DNA of 64,000 nucleotides from Actinomycetota bacterium (GTDB lineage Bacteria > Actinomycetota > Acidimicrobiia > Acidimicrobiales > CADCTF01): contig JAHWJU010000002.1 of the NCBI GenBank assembly GCA_019348255.1, forward strand, positions 7,132 through 71,131, read 5' to 3'. Below are positions 8,227-17,654 of this stretch, in pieces. The position numbers were made by a program, and so were the translations under genes. Within the stretch, counting starts at the first letter, position 1. The number at the start of each line of letters is the position of its first letter. The notes under the pieces were generated by a model. The model saw nothing but the letters and a program-made list of their open reading frames with translations. It had not been told where the DNA came from and did no database searches.

Positions 8227-8892
8227 GTGCGTGACGAGATCCGGCGCCGGATCCCGGAGGCCACGGTCGCGCGCCTGCCGCTGTACCTGCGCAGCCTCAT
8301 CGAGGTGGCAGAGGCCAAGGTGCCGACGATCTCCTCGGAACGCCTGGCCGAACTGGCCGGCGTCAACGCCGCCAAGGTCCGCAAGGATCTCTCCTATCTC
8401 GGGTCCTACGGCACCAGGGGTGTCGGCTACGAGGTGGAGTACCTCCTCTATGAGATAAGCAGGGAGCTCGGCCTCACCCAGGACTGGCCCGTCGTCATCA
8501 TCGGCATCGGCAACCTGGGTCACGCCCTCGCCAACTACCGGGGGTTCACCGCCCGGGGGTTCCGCGTCGCCGCCCTCCTCGACGCCGACCCCTCCAAGGT
8601 CGGCGAGCCGGTGGCAGGTCTCGCCGTGAGGCCCCTGGACGAGCTGCCCGAGGTGGTGGCGGAACACCAGGTGGCCATCGGCATCATCGCCACCCCCGCC
8701 CCCGCCGCCCAGGAAGTGGCCGATCGGCTGGTGGCGGCCGGCGTCAAGTCGATCCTCAACTTCGCGCCTGCGGTGCTGAGCGTTCCCGACGGGGTGTCGC
8801 TCCGCAAGGTCGACCTGTCGATCGAGCTGCAGATCCTCACCTTCTACCAGCAGCGCGGTGACGAAGCTCCCGAGCCGGCGCCAGTGGGCTGA
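8227..8892 (+). CDS. rex: Redox-sensing transcriptional repressor Rex
   Basis: ATVARLPLYLRSL...ISSERLAELAGVNAAKVRKDLSYLGSYGTRGVGY winged-helix region plus the Rossmann motif VVIIGIGNLGHALANY. AGGAG RBS before GTG 8227. Confidence 0.9.
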   Translation: MRDEIRRRIPEATVARLPLYLRSLIEVAEAKVPTISSERLAELAGVNAAKVRKDLSYLGSYGTRGVGYEVEYLLYEISRELGLTQDWPVVIIGIGNLGHALANYRGFTARGFRVAALLDADPSKVGEPVAGLAVRPLDELPEVVAEHQVAIGIIATPAPAAQEVADRLVAAGVKSILNFAPAVLSVPDGVSLRKVDLSIELQILTFYQQRGDEAPEPAPVG

Positions 8893-8893
8893 G

Positions 8894-9526
8894 GTGCCGG
8901 TCGGAGGCCCGCAGTACCCGGTGAACCTGTGCCTGGCCGGGCGGCCGGTGCTGGTGGTGGGGGGCGGGCACATCGCGGTTCGCAAGGTGGAAGGGCTGCG
9001 CCAGGCCGGCGCCCGCGTCCACGTCGTGGGACCCGAGGTGGACGAGGCCATCAAGGCCATGGACGAGGACGTCTCGTGGGAGGAGCGTCCGTACCGCCGC
9101 GGCGAGGCCGGCGGCTTCCGCCTGGTGATCACCGCGACCGGCGACCGCACCGTCGACCAGGAGGTCTACGACGACGCCGAGGCCGCCGGGGTGTGGATCA
9201 ACAGCGCCGACGACCCGGACCGCTGCTCGTTCACCCTGCCGGCGGTGGTACGGCGGGGGCCGCTGACGGTGACCGTCTCCACCGGCGGGCACAGCCCGGC
9301 TCTGGCCTCCTGGCTGCGGGCGCAGTTCGAGCGCGAGCTGGGGCCCGAGTACGAGATCCTGCTGCAGCTGCTGAACGAGGCACGCTCCGCCGTGCAGGCA
9401 GAGGGCCGGTCCACCGAAGGTCTGGCTTGGCAGAGGGCCCTAGATTCGGACATGCTCGCGTTGATTCGGGGAGGCCGCATCCCCGAAGCGAGGGAGCACC
9501 TGTTGGCGTGTCTGTCGTCGTCGTAG
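8894..9526 (+). CDS. Precorrin-2 dehydrogenase / sirohydrochlorin ferrochelatase (siroheme synthase N-terminal-domain type)
   Basis: PVLVVGGGHIAVRKVEGLRQAGARVHVV NAD-binding motif and GPLTVTVSTGGHSPALASWLR. GTG 8894 lies just after the rex stop. The track ORF start at 8858 would overlap rex by 35 nt and remains possible. Confidence 0.8.
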   Translation: MPVGGPQYPVNLCLAGRPVLVVGGGHIAVRKVEGLRQAGARVHVVGPEVDEAIKAMDEDVSWEERPYRRGEAGGFRLVITATGDRTVDQEVYDDAEAAGVWINSADDPDRCSFTLPAVVRRGPLTVTVSTGGHSPALASWLRAQFERELGPEYEILLQLLNEARSAVQAEGRSTEGLAWQRALDSDMLALIRGGRIPEAREHLLACLSSS

Positions 9527-10770
9527 GGCTCAACCACCGCACCGTCCCCCTCGATGTCCTCGAGCGGATGACGGTCGGCTCGGCGCGCCTGCCCAAGGCG
9601 TTGCACGACCTCGGCGGCCGCACCAACCTGGCCGAGGCCGTGGTGCTGTCCACCTGCAACCGCACCGAGATCTACGCGGTGGCCGAGCGCTACCACGGCG
9701 CCATCGCCGACATCCGCGCCTTTCTCTCCGACATCTCCGGCCTCGACCTGGAGCACTTCGTCGACCACGTGTACGACTACCACGACGACCGGGCCGTCGC
9801 CCACCTGTTCAAGGTGGCCTCGGGGCTGGACTCCGCGGTGGTGGGTGAGAGCGAGATCCTGGGGCAGGTACGGACGGCTTGGGAGCGGGCCGAGGCCGAG
9901 GGTGCTGCTGGTCCAGAGCTGGGCCGACTGTTCGTCTGGGCGCTGGGCGTGGGGCGCCGCGTGCGGGTGGAGACGGGCATAGCCCGTGGCACGACCTCGG
10001 TCTCCCAGGCTGCGGTGGCCATGGCGACGAAGCGCCTCGGTTCGCTGGACGCGCGTCGCATCCTCGTCCTGGGTGCCGGCGAGACCGGCGCCGGCATGGC
10101 CGTTGCCCTCGCCGCCACGCCGGGATTGGGCGAGATCCTGGTCGCCAACCGCACCCGGCCTCGTGCCGTCGCTCTCGCCGCCCGAACCGGTGGACGGGTC
10201 GTGGAGTTCGGCGAGCTGGGTGCCGCCCTCGAGACGGTCGACGTAATGCTCACCTCCACCGGTGCCAGCCATGCCGTGATAGACGCCGACGACGTCGAAG
10301 CGGTGATGGCGGAGCGGAGGGGCCGGCCTCTGCTCATCGTCGATGTGGCCGTCCCCCGTGACGTCGACGCCGCAGCAGCCGACGTACCGGGTGTGACGTT
10401 GCTCGACATGGACGACCTGCGGGCCTTCGCCGAGTCCGGCGTGGCCGAGCGCCGGCGGGAGATCGCCCGGGTGCAGGAGATCGTCGAGGACGAGGTACTC
10501 CGCTACTTCGAGGCCGTCTCCGTGCGCGAAGTCGCCCCGTTGGTGGCGTCGTTGCGGGAGCGGGCCGAATCGCTGCGGGAGGCCGAGGTCCAACGCCACG
10601 CGGCCCGCCTCGCCAGTCTCGATCCCCGCGAACGGGCCGCGGTCGAGGCGCTGACGCGAGGGATCGTGAACAAGCTCCTGCACGAGCCGACCGTGCGTCT
10701 CAAGGACGCAGCGGGGTCGCCGCGGGCCGACAGGCTGGCCGACGCGCTGCGGACTCTGTTCGGTCTGTAG
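9508..10770 (+). CDS. hemA: Glutamyl-tRNA reductase
   Basis: VVGLNHRTVPLDVLE...VVLSTCNRTEIY...GESEILGQV...ILVLGAGETG. GTG 9508; the upstream part of ORF 8929..10770 overlaps the previous gene in another frame. Confidence 0.9.
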   Translation: MSVVVVGLNHRTVPLDVLERMTVGSARLPKALHDLGGRTNLAEAVVLSTCNRTEIYAVAERYHGAIADIRAFLSDISGLDLEHFVDHVYDYHDDRAVAHLFKVASGLDSAVVGESEILGQVRTAWERAEAEGAAGPELGRLFVWALGVGRRVRVETGIARGTTSVSQAAVAMATKRLGSLDARRILVLGAGETGAGMAVALAATPGLGEILVANRTRPRAVALAARTGGRVVEFGELGAALETVDVMLTSTGASHAVIDADDVEAVMAERRGRPLLIVDVAVPRDVDAAAADVPGVTLLDMDDLRAFAESGVAERRREIARVQEIVEDEVLRYFEAVSVREVAPLVASLRERAESLREAEVQRHAARLASLDPRERAAVEALTRGIVNKLLHEPTVRLKDAAGSPRADRLADALRTLFGL

Positions 10771-10782
10771 ACGGCCCCCGCT

Positions 10783-11724
10783 GTGCGTCTCCGCGCCGCC
10801 ACCCGCGGCAGCGCCCTGGCCCGTTGGCAGACCGACCACGTGGCCGCGCTCCTCCGCCAGGCGCACGGCCCCGACCTCGACATCGAGGTCGTCGTCGTGC
10901 AGACGGAGGGAGACCGGCGCCACGACGTCCCCATCGAGGCACTGGGGGGTCGGGGGGTCTTCGTCAAGGAGGTGCAGGCGGCGGTGCTCGAAGGCCACGC
11001 CGACATCGCCGTCCACTCCGCCAAGGACCTGCCGGCGGCACCGTCCCTGCAGCCCCCGGGGCTGGTGCTCGCGTGCGTGCCCGAGCGGGGCGACCCCCGG
11101 GACGCGCTGGTCACCGCGGCCGGACCGCCCGCGGCCGCAACCACCTCCGGGCGCAGCATCATCGAATCCCTGCCGGTGGCCGCGCTGGTGGCCACCGGCT
11201 CGGTCCGCCGGCGGGCCCAGCTCGCCAACCTTCGGCCCGACCTGTGCTTCAGCGGCCTCCGGGGCAACATCGAGACCCGCCTCGATCGCGCCCGCGGCTA
11301 CGACGCGGTGGTGATCGCCGCCGCCGCCCTCGACCGGCTGGGCCGGTTCGACGCGCCCGCCACCGTCGTAGACCCCCCGCTGCTGTTGCCCCAGGTCGGC
11401 CAGGGAGCGCTAGCCGTCGAGTGCCGCGCCGACGACGCCTGGGTGCAGGTGGCACTGAGGGCGGTGGAGCACGCCGCCAGTCGAGCGGCGGTCGACGCCG
11501 AGCGGGCCTTCCTCGCCCACCTGGGCGGTGGCTGCGACCTTCCCGTGGGTGCGCTGGCGAGCGTCGACCCCGCCGGCCAGATCCACCTCGAGGGGCTCCT
11601 CGCCAGCTACGACGGCCGCATCGTGCTGCGCCGGTCGCTCGCCGGCCCTGATCCCGCCGCCCTCGGCGCCGAATTGGCCACGGAACTTCTCGACCGGGCC
11701 GGCGGCCGCGCCCTGCTGGCCTGA
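10783..11724 (+). CDS. hemC: Hydroxymethylbilane synthase (porphobilinogen deaminase)
   Basis: RAATRGSALARWQT...GGRGVFVKEVQ...DIAVHSAKDLP...GNIETRL...GGGCDLPVGA motifs. Confidence 0.9.
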   Translation: MRLRAATRGSALARWQTDHVAALLRQAHGPDLDIEVVVVQTEGDRRHDVPIEALGGRGVFVKEVQAAVLEGHADIAVHSAKDLPAAPSLQPPGLVLACVPERGDPRDALVTAAGPPAAATTSGRSIIESLPVAALVATGSVRRRAQLANLRPDLCFSGLRGNIETRLDRARGYDAVVIAAAALDRLGRFDAPATVVDPPLLLPQVGQGALAVECRADDAWVQVALRAVEHAASRAAVDAERAFLAHLGGGCDLPVGALASVDPAGQIHLEGLLASYDGRIVLRRSLAGPDPAALGAELATELLDRAGGRALLA

Positions 11725-11767
11725 CGGAGAGGTTTCGCCGGGCGGACCGGGACGCCAGACTGGGCCG

Positions 11768-13198
11768 GTGACCGTCTACCTCGTCGGCGCCGGCCCCGGC
11801 GACCCGGGACTGTTGACGCTGCGGGGTGCCGAGGTGCTGAGGCGGGCCGAGGTGGTGGTGTACGACCGCCTCTCGGTGGCCGCCCTCGTCGACATGGCGC
11901 CGGCCACCGCGCAGCGCATCAGCGTGGGCAAGACGCCGAGGGGACCGAGCACGCCCCAGGACGAGATCAACGCGCTGCTGGTGGAGCACGGCCGTGCCGG
12001 GCGCGAGGTGGTACGGCTGAAGGGCGGCGATCCCTTCGTCTTCGCCCGGGGCGGAGAGGAGGCGGCGGCGCTGGCCGCCGCCGGCGTCACCCACGAGATC
12101 GTCCCCGGCGTCACCTCGGCCGTGGCCGCGCCGGCCTACGCCGGCGTGCCCCTGACCCACCGCGGCCTCTCCACCTCCTTCACCGTGGTCACTGGTCACG
12201 AGGACCCGTGGGCGGCCACCGAGACCGACTGGGAGGCGGTTGCCCGGGTCGGGGGAACGACGGTGGTTCTCATGGGTGTGGCCACCCGCGCCGACATCGC
12301 CCGCCGCCTGATGCAGGCCGGCCGTCCTGCCGACACTCCCGTGGTGGCGGTGCAGTGGGGGACGACGCCCAGGCAGCGGACGATGCGCACGACGCTGGCC
12401 GGCCTGGGTGCGGCACCTCTCTCGGCCCCGGCCACCATCGTCATCGGTGCCGTGGCCGGCCTGGATCTGGCTTGGTTCGAGCGCCGGCCGCTGTTCGGCC
12501 GCCGCGTGGTGGTGACGCGGGCGCGGGAACAGGCGTCTGAGCTGCGGGCGCGTCTGGAGGAGCTGGGGGCCGAGGTGGTGGAGGTGCCGACCATCGCCAT
12601 CCGTCCCGCAGAGGTCGACCTGGCCGGCTACGTGCAGGGCGCCGACTGGGTGGTGCTGACGTCGGCCAACGCCGTGGCCCAGTTGTGCAGCCAGCTGCGC
12701 GACGCCAGATCGCTGGGCACGGCCAAGGTCGCCGCCGTCGGTCCGGGCACGGCCGAGGCGCTGCGGGTGTTCGGCGTGCGAGCCGACCTGGTGCCGGAGC
12801 GGACGGTGGCCGAGGGGCTGGTCGATGTCTTCCCCCACGGCCCGGGCCGCGTCTTCCTTCCACAGGCCGCCGGCGCCCGCCCGGTTGTGGCTGAGGGGCT
12901 GGCGGCCAAGGGCTGGACCGTCGACGCGGTCACCGCCTATTCCGCGGTAGGCGTAGCCGTGAGCGAAGCGCAGCGGGCTGCGGCCCGGGGAGCGGATGCC
13001 ATCGCGTTCACGGCCTCGTCCACCGTCACCAACTACCTGGGCTCGGCCGACCCTGCCGACGTGCCCGGCGTCGTGGTCTGCATCGGGCCCGTTACCGCCG
13101 AGACTGCCGGCCGCCTCGGGCTCGAGGTCACAGCTGTGGCCGAGCCGCACACCCTCGAAGGTCTGGTCGCCGCGCTGCAGCGGGCCCTCACCCCTTGA
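11768..13198 (+). CDS. Fused uroporphyrinogen-III C-methyltransferase / uroporphyrinogen-III synthase
   Basis: The N-terminal half has SUMT motifs ([36 protein letters not shown]). The C-terminal half ([14 protein letters not shown]...SANAV...) is HemD-like. GTG 11768. Confidence 0.85.
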   Translation: MTVYLVGAGPGDPGLLTLRGAEVLRRAEVVVYDRLSVAALVDMAPATAQRISVGKTPRGPSTPQDEINALLVEHGRAGREVVRLKGGDPFVFARGGEEAAALAAAGVTHEIVPGVTSAVAAPAYAGVPLTHRGLSTSFTVVTGHEDPWAATETDWEAVARVGGTTVVLMGVATRADIARRLMQAGRPADTPVVAVQWGTTPRQRTMRTTLAGLGAAPLSAPATIVIGAVAGLDLAWFERRPLFGRRVVVTRAREQASELRARLEELGAEVVEVPTIAIRPAEVDLAGYVQGADWVVLTSANAVAQLCSQLRDARSLGTAKVAAVGPGTAEALRVFGVRADLVPERTVAEGLVDVFPHGPGRVFLPQAAGARPVVAEGLAAKGWTVDAVTAYSAVGVAVSEAQRAAARGADAIAFTASSTVTNYLGSADPADVPGVVVCIGPVTAETAGRLGLEVTAVAEPHTLEGLVAALQRALTP

Positions 13199-13254
13199 GG
13201 CGGGCGGCGCGGTAAATGCGGGAACCGCCCCCCCGCTGAGACCGTCCAACCGGC

Positions 13255-15318
13255 ATGAACAGCTCGACGAGACGGAGGACGGCGGCGGCGCTGGCGGCGC
13301 TGGCGCTGGCTGGAGGGTGCACCCGGTCCGCCGGGACAGGCGAGAACGGCGGCGGGCCGCCACCGCAGCTGCGGTTGGTGAACGTGCTCACGCCGTTCGC
13401 GGCCTGCGACGAGCTCCAGGACTACCTGCACGAGGAGGGCACGCGCCTGGTCGGCCCTTACGGGTTGGGCGGCTTTCACTACGGCCACGGCGGGCCGGTG
13501 GCCGTGGCCACAGATGCTGCGGCCGAGGCCGGTACGGGCGGGCGGGCGGGGGCCTCGCAAACCGCGGGCAAGACGGCGTCGGCTCCACCACAGGCCGGCA
13601 CCGACTACTCCGGGACCAACGTGCAGGAGGAGGGCGTCGACGAGCCCGACGCGGTCAAGACCGACGGCCGGCGCCTGGTGGCCATGACCCAGGGCAGGCT
13701 GCAGGTGGTCGATCTGAGCGGGGAGGGGCCGCGGCGCACGGCCAGCCTCGACATCGGCGTCGGGTACGTGCCGGGCGACCTGCTCCTCGTCGGTGACCGT
13801 GTTCTCGTCCTGCACACGGCGGACGCCGCGGGCCGGGGGAGACCGCAGCCGGCCACCGGTGGCGGCGATGCCCTCGACAGCCCCGTCGGGCCGGGTGGCT
13901 CCGCAAGGGTGCAGGTCACCGTGGTCGACATCTCCGACCTGACGGCGCCCAAGGTGGTGTCGGAGCTGCAGCTCGACGGCAGCCTGGTCGCGGCGCGAAT
14001 GGTCGACGGGGTGGCCAGGCTGGTGCTGCGCTCCGGCCCACCCCGCATCGACTTCACCTACCCGTCCGGCGATCGCGACAGCGTCAGGAAGGCCCAGGAG
14101 TCCAACCGGAAGCTGGTGGAGGCGAGCACCGTCGACGACTGGCTTCCCACCTACTCCTATTCCGAGCCGGGCCGGCCCGCGGCGTCGGCATCAGGCCGCC
14201 TCGGCGACTGCCGGGAAGTGGTGCGGCCCAGGGACTTCAGCGGGCTCGGCATGGTGTCGGTGGTCACCGTGGACGCCGCCGACCCTCGACCGGGACCGGC
14301 CGCCACCGTGGTGGGGGCTGCAGACCTGGTCTACGCCAGCGCCCGGAACCTCTACGTGACCAGCACCCGTTGGCCCGACGTAGCTTCGTCGGGAGTTCCC
14401 AGGTCTTCGGCCGAGGGGCCCACGGCCGCTCCACCTGCCAGCAGTGAGATCCACAAGTTCGACATCTCCGACAAGGTCCGCACCCGCTACCTGGCTTCCG
14501 GCAGCGTGCCCGGCCAGCTTCTCAACCAGTTCTCGATGTCCGAGCACGACGGTGATCTGCGCGTTGCCACCACCATCGACGGGATCAGCAGGGGCCGGGA
14601 CGAAGAAGGGGCCTCCGAGAGCCAGCTCACGGTCCTGCGACAGAAGGAGTCGGAGCTGGCTCTGGTCGGCAGCGTCGCCGGCCTCGGCAAGGGCGAACGC
14701 ATCTACGCGGTGCGCTTCCTCGGCGATCGGGGCTTCGTCGTGACCTTCCGCCAGACCGACCCGCTCTACGTGATCGACCTGGCCGACCCCGAGCGCCCGG
14801 CCGTGCGGGGCGAGCTCAAGATCCCCGGGTACTCGGCCTATCTCCACCCCGTGGGGGAGCACCGGCTGCTGGGCGTCGGCCAGGAGGCGACGGAACAGGG
14901 GCGGCCGCAGGGGACGCAGCTCTCCTTGTTCGACGTCTCCGACCCGTCCTCCCCCAAGCGTCTTTCCCAGGCGGTGCTGCCCCAGGCCCACTCCGAGGCC
15001 GAGTTCGACCACCACGCATTCCTCTACTGGCCCAGGACGGGGTTGACCTTGCTCCCGATCCAGTCCTACGGCCCTGCCGCCGGCCAGCGCGGGAGCGCGG
15101 GCATCGCAGCGCCGGAGATCCACCGGCAGTTCCTGGGCGCCGTGGGCTTCTCGGTGAGCGACAGGGAAGTCTCCGAGATCGGCCGGGTTCGGCACCGCAA
15201 CGGCATGCCCATCCGCCGGTCGTTGGTCGTGGGCGACCAGGTCCTCACCCTGTCCGACGGCGGCCTCCTGGCCAGCGACCTGCAGTCGCTGGCTGACCGG
15301 GCCTGGCTGTCCTTCTGA
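13255..15318 (+). CDS. Secreted beta-propeller-domain lipoprotein (COG4880 / Beta_propel-type)
   Basis: Signal peptide with lipobox-like LALAGGC. Family-typical blocks seen by eye: NVQEEGVDEPD.VKTDG, LNQFSMSEHDGDLRVATT, YAVRFLGDRGFVVTFRQTDPLYVIDLADPERP.V.GELKIPGYSAYLHP, SLFDVSD. Confidence 0.7.
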   Translation: MNSSTRRRTAAALAALALAGGCTRSAGTGENGGGPPPQLRLVNVLTPFAACDELQDYLHEEGTRLVGPYGLGGFHYGHGGPVAVATDAAAEAGTGGRAGASQTAGKTASAPPQAGTDYSGTNVQEEGVDEPDAVKTDGRRLVAMTQGRLQVVDLSGEGPRRTASLDIGVGYVPGDLLLVGDRVLVLHTADAAGRGRPQPATGGGDALDSPVGPGGSARVQVTVVDISDLTAPKVVSELQLDGSLVAARMVDGVARLVLRSGPPRIDFTYPSGDRDSVRKAQESNRKLVEASTVDDWLPTYSYSEPGRPAASASGRLGDCREVVRPRDFSGLGMVSVVTVDAADPRPGPAATVVGAADLVYASARNLYVTSTRWPDVASSGVPRSSAEGPTAAPPASSEIHKFDISDKVRTRYLASGSVPGQLLNQFSMSEHDGDLRVATTIDGISRGRDEEGASESQLTVLRQKESELALVGSVAGLGKGERIYAVRFLGDRGFVVTFRQTDPLYVIDLADPERPAVRGELKIPGYSAYLHPVGEHRLLGVGQEATEQGRPQGTQLSLFDVSDPSSPKRLSQAVLPQAHSEAEFDHHAFLYWPRTGLTLLPIQSYGPAAGQRGSAGIAAPEIHRQFLGAVGFSVSDREVSEIGRVRHRNGMPIRRSLVVGDQVLTLSDGGLLASDLQSLADRAWLSF

Positions 15319-15323
15319 TCCAG

Positions 15324-15349
15324 CCGCCCCGGTCCCCCTCCCGGGGCGG
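15324..15349 (+). terminator. GC-rich hairpin downstream of the beta-propeller gene (possible terminator/attenuator)
   Basis: CCGCCCCGG (15324-15332) pairs perfectly with CCGGGGCGG (15341-15349) around an 8-nt loop. A second pairing, CGCCCC (15353-15358) with GGGGCG (15376-15381), is followed by TCTTT. There is no long U-tract. Confidence 0.3.
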
Positions 15350-15393
15350 TTGCGCCCCTGTCGAAGGGGGACTTCGGGGCGTCTTTCCCGCCG

Positions 15394-15399
15394 TAGGCT
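15394..15399 (+). promoter_or_regulatory. -10-like hexamer TAGGCT placed for a leaderless hemB transcript
   Basis: TAGGCT fits the actinobacterial TANNNT -10 pattern and ends 6 nt before the hemB GTG (15406). There is no SD between them. Confidence 0.35.
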
Positions 15400-15405
15400 G
15401 CCGGC

Positions 15406-16395
15406 GTGTCCTTCCCCCAGCGCCGGCTCCGACGGCTCCGCCGCACCCCGGCGCTGCGCCGGCTCGTGTCCGAGGCCCGGCTCTCGGTGGACGACCTGGT
15501 GGCGCCGCTGTTCGTGCGCGAAGGCATCGACGAACCCGAGCCCGTTCCCTCGCTGCCGGGAGTGGTGCAGCACACGCGGGAGTCGCTGGTCAAACAAGCC
15601 CGGGTGCTCGCCTATCTGGACGTGCCGGCCATCATCCTGTTCGGCATCCCCGCGAGCAAGGACCGCACCGGAAGCCAAGCCTGGGACCCGGACGGGATCG
15701 TGCAGGTGGCGCTCCGGGATCTCCGGGACGAGCTGGGACACGACCTGGTGGTTATGGCTGACCTGTGCCTCGACGAGTACACCGACCATGGTCACTGCGG
15801 GGTTCTCTCGGCCACCGGCGCCGTCGACAACGACGCCACCCTCGAGTTGTACGGGATGGTGGCCCAGGCCCAGGCCGAGGCGGGCGCCTCCGTCGTGGCC
15901 CCCAGCGGCATGATGGATGGACAGGTGGCGGCGATCCGAGCCGCCCTCGACGACGCCGGCCACTCCTCCACCGCCATCCTCGCCTACGCAGCCAAGTTCG
16001 CGTCGGCCCTCTACGGTCCCTTCCGCCACGCGGTGCAGGTGGAGCTTCCGGTGGGCGACGACCGCAAGGACTACCAGCAGGACCCGGCCAACCGTCGAGA
16101 GGCCATCGCCGAGGTGCGGGCCGACGTCGAGGAGGGCGCCGACATGGTGATGGTGAAGCCCGCGCTCTCCTACCTCGATGTCATCTCCGACGCACGGGCC
16201 GCGGTCGACGTCCCCGTGGCCGCCTACCACGTGAGTGGCGAGTACTCGATGCTCAAGGCGGCGGCGGAGCGTGGTTGGATCGACGGCGAGGCGGTGGCGC
16301 TGGAGCAGATGGTGGCCATCAAGAGGGCGGGAGCCGACTTCATCCTCACCTACCTCGCCCGCGAGATGGCCGAGTCCTTCCACGCCCATGGCTGA
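15406..16395 (+). CDS. hemB: Porphobilinogen synthase (delta-aminolevulinate dehydratase)
   Basis: RRLRRTPALRRLV.E..L...DL..PLFV, VMADLCLDEYTDHGHCG, MMDGQV, ADMVMVKPAL.YLD, VSGEY motifs. Confidence 0.9.
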   Translation: MSFPQRRLRRLRRTPALRRLVSEARLSVDDLVAPLFVREGIDEPEPVPSLPGVVQHTRESLVKQARVLAYLDVPAIILFGIPASKDRTGSQAWDPDGIVQVALRDLRDELGHDLVVMADLCLDEYTDHGHCGVLSATGAVDNDATLELYGMVAQAQAEAGASVVAPSGMMDGQVAAIRAALDDAGHSSTAILAYAAKFASALYGPFRHAVQVELPVGDDRKDYQQDPANRREAIAEVRADVEEGADMVMVKPALSYLDVISDARAAVDVPVAAYHVSGEYSMLKAAAERGWIDGEAVALEQMVAIKRAGADFILTYLAREMAESFHAHG

Positions 16396-17650
16396 CAACA
16401 CCAACAGCGCCCTGTTCAAGCGGGCGCTGGAGGTGGTCCCGGGCGGCGTCAGTTCCCCGGTGCGGGCCTTCAAGTCGGTTGGCGGCACGCCCTATTTCGT
16501 GTCCCGGGCCGACGGGGCCTACGTCTGGGACGTGGAGGACCGCCGGTACCTCGACTACGTCCAGTCCTACGGCGCGTCGATCCTCGGCCACGCCCATCCC
16601 GAGGTGGTGGAGGCCATCAGGCAGGCCGCCGGCGAAGGCACCACGTTCGGCGCCCCCACCGAGCGCGAGGTTCTACTGGCCGAGGCGATCTGCGACCGGG
16701 TGGGCGCCGGGTGCGATCTCGTCCGCTTCGTCTCGAGCGGCACCGAGGCGGCCATGAGCGCGGTGCGGGTGGCCCGGGGGTTCACCGGGCGCAACCGGGT
16801 GGTGATGTTCGAAGGTTGCTACCACGGCCACAGCGACATGCTGCTGGCTGCCGGCGGCAGCGGCATGGCCACGCTCGGGTTGCCCGCTTCGGCGGGGGTG
16901 CCCCCTTCCGCGGTGGCCGAGACGATGGTCGTCCCCTACAACACCGTGCCTGACATCGACGACGACGTGGCCTGCGTCATCGTGGAGCCGATAGCCGCCA
17001 ACATGGGCCTCGTCCCGCCGGCGCCGGGCTTCCTGCAGGGACTGCGGGATGCCTGCGACCGCGCCGGAGCCTTGTTGGTCTTCGACGAGGTGATCACCGG
17101 GTTCCGCCTCGCCCGTGCCGGCGCGTCGGGGTTCACTGGCGTGCGTCCGGACCTGTGGACCTTCGGCAAGGTCATCGGCGGCGGCTTGCCGCTGGCTGCC
17201 TTCGCCGGCCGGCGCGAGGTGATGGAGGCGTTGGCCCCGGTGGGGCCGGTGTACCAGGCGGGCACCCTTTCCGGAAACCCGGTCGCCACCGCAGCCGGCC
17301 TGACGGTGCTGGGCCTCCTCGACGACGCCGCCTACAGCATGCTGGCCGGTCGAGCGGCCGAGCTGGGGGCGATGCTCGCCGGCGTCCTCAACGAGGTCAC
17401 CCCGGCCCAGGTCCCGGTGGTGGGCACCCTGGTGGGCGTGTTCTTCGGGGACGACCTGGTGACCACCTTCGCCGGCTCCCGGGCGTCGGCGACGACGGGA
17501 TGGTACGCCCGGTTCTTCAGGGCCATGCTCGAGCGGGGGGTGGCCCTGGCACCGGGCCCCTACGAGGTGATGTTCCCGAGCCTGGCCCACACCTGGGACG
17601 ACATCGAGCGGACGGTCGACCTCGCCCGCGCCGCCATCGCCGTCGCCTGA
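16388..17650 (+). CDS. hemL: Glutamate-1-semialdehyde 2,1-aminomutase
   Basis: LFKRALEVVPGGVSSPVRAF, SGTEAAMSAVRVARG, LVFDEVITGFR and GKVIGGGLP (PLP lysine) motifs. ATG 16388 overlaps the hemB end by 8 nt. Confidence 0.9.
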   Translation: MADNTNSALFKRALEVVPGGVSSPVRAFKSVGGTPYFVSRADGAYVWDVEDRRYLDYVQSYGASILGHAHPEVVEAIRQAAGEGTTFGAPTEREVLLAEAICDRVGAGCDLVRFVSSGTEAAMSAVRVARGFTGRNRVVMFEGCYHGHSDMLLAAGGSGMATLGLPASAGVPPSAVAETMVVPYNTVPDIDDDVACVIVEPIAANMGLVPPAPGFLQGLRDACDRAGALLVFDEVITGFRLARAGASGFTGVRPDLWTFGKVIGGGLPLAAFAGRREVMEALAPVGPVYQAGTLSGNPVATAAGLTVLGLLDDAAYSMLAGRAAELGAMLAGVLNEVTPAQVPVVGTLVGVFFGDDLVTTFAGSRASATTGWYARFFRAMLERGVALAPGPYEVMFPSLAHTWDDIERTVDLARAAIAVA

Positions 17651-17654
17651 GCGA

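Noticed and set aside
8929-9507. N-terminal extensions of track ORFs, for example hemA 8929.., proC 1490.., nuoD 26257.., nuoM 37002.., nuoM2 51702.., nuoH 32428.. and cytochrome c 22237...
   Set aside because: The extensions overlap the preceding well-supported gene in another frame and are Arg/Pro-rich. Internal ATG/GTG starts placed at or next to the upstream stop reproduce the canonical N-termini of the families.
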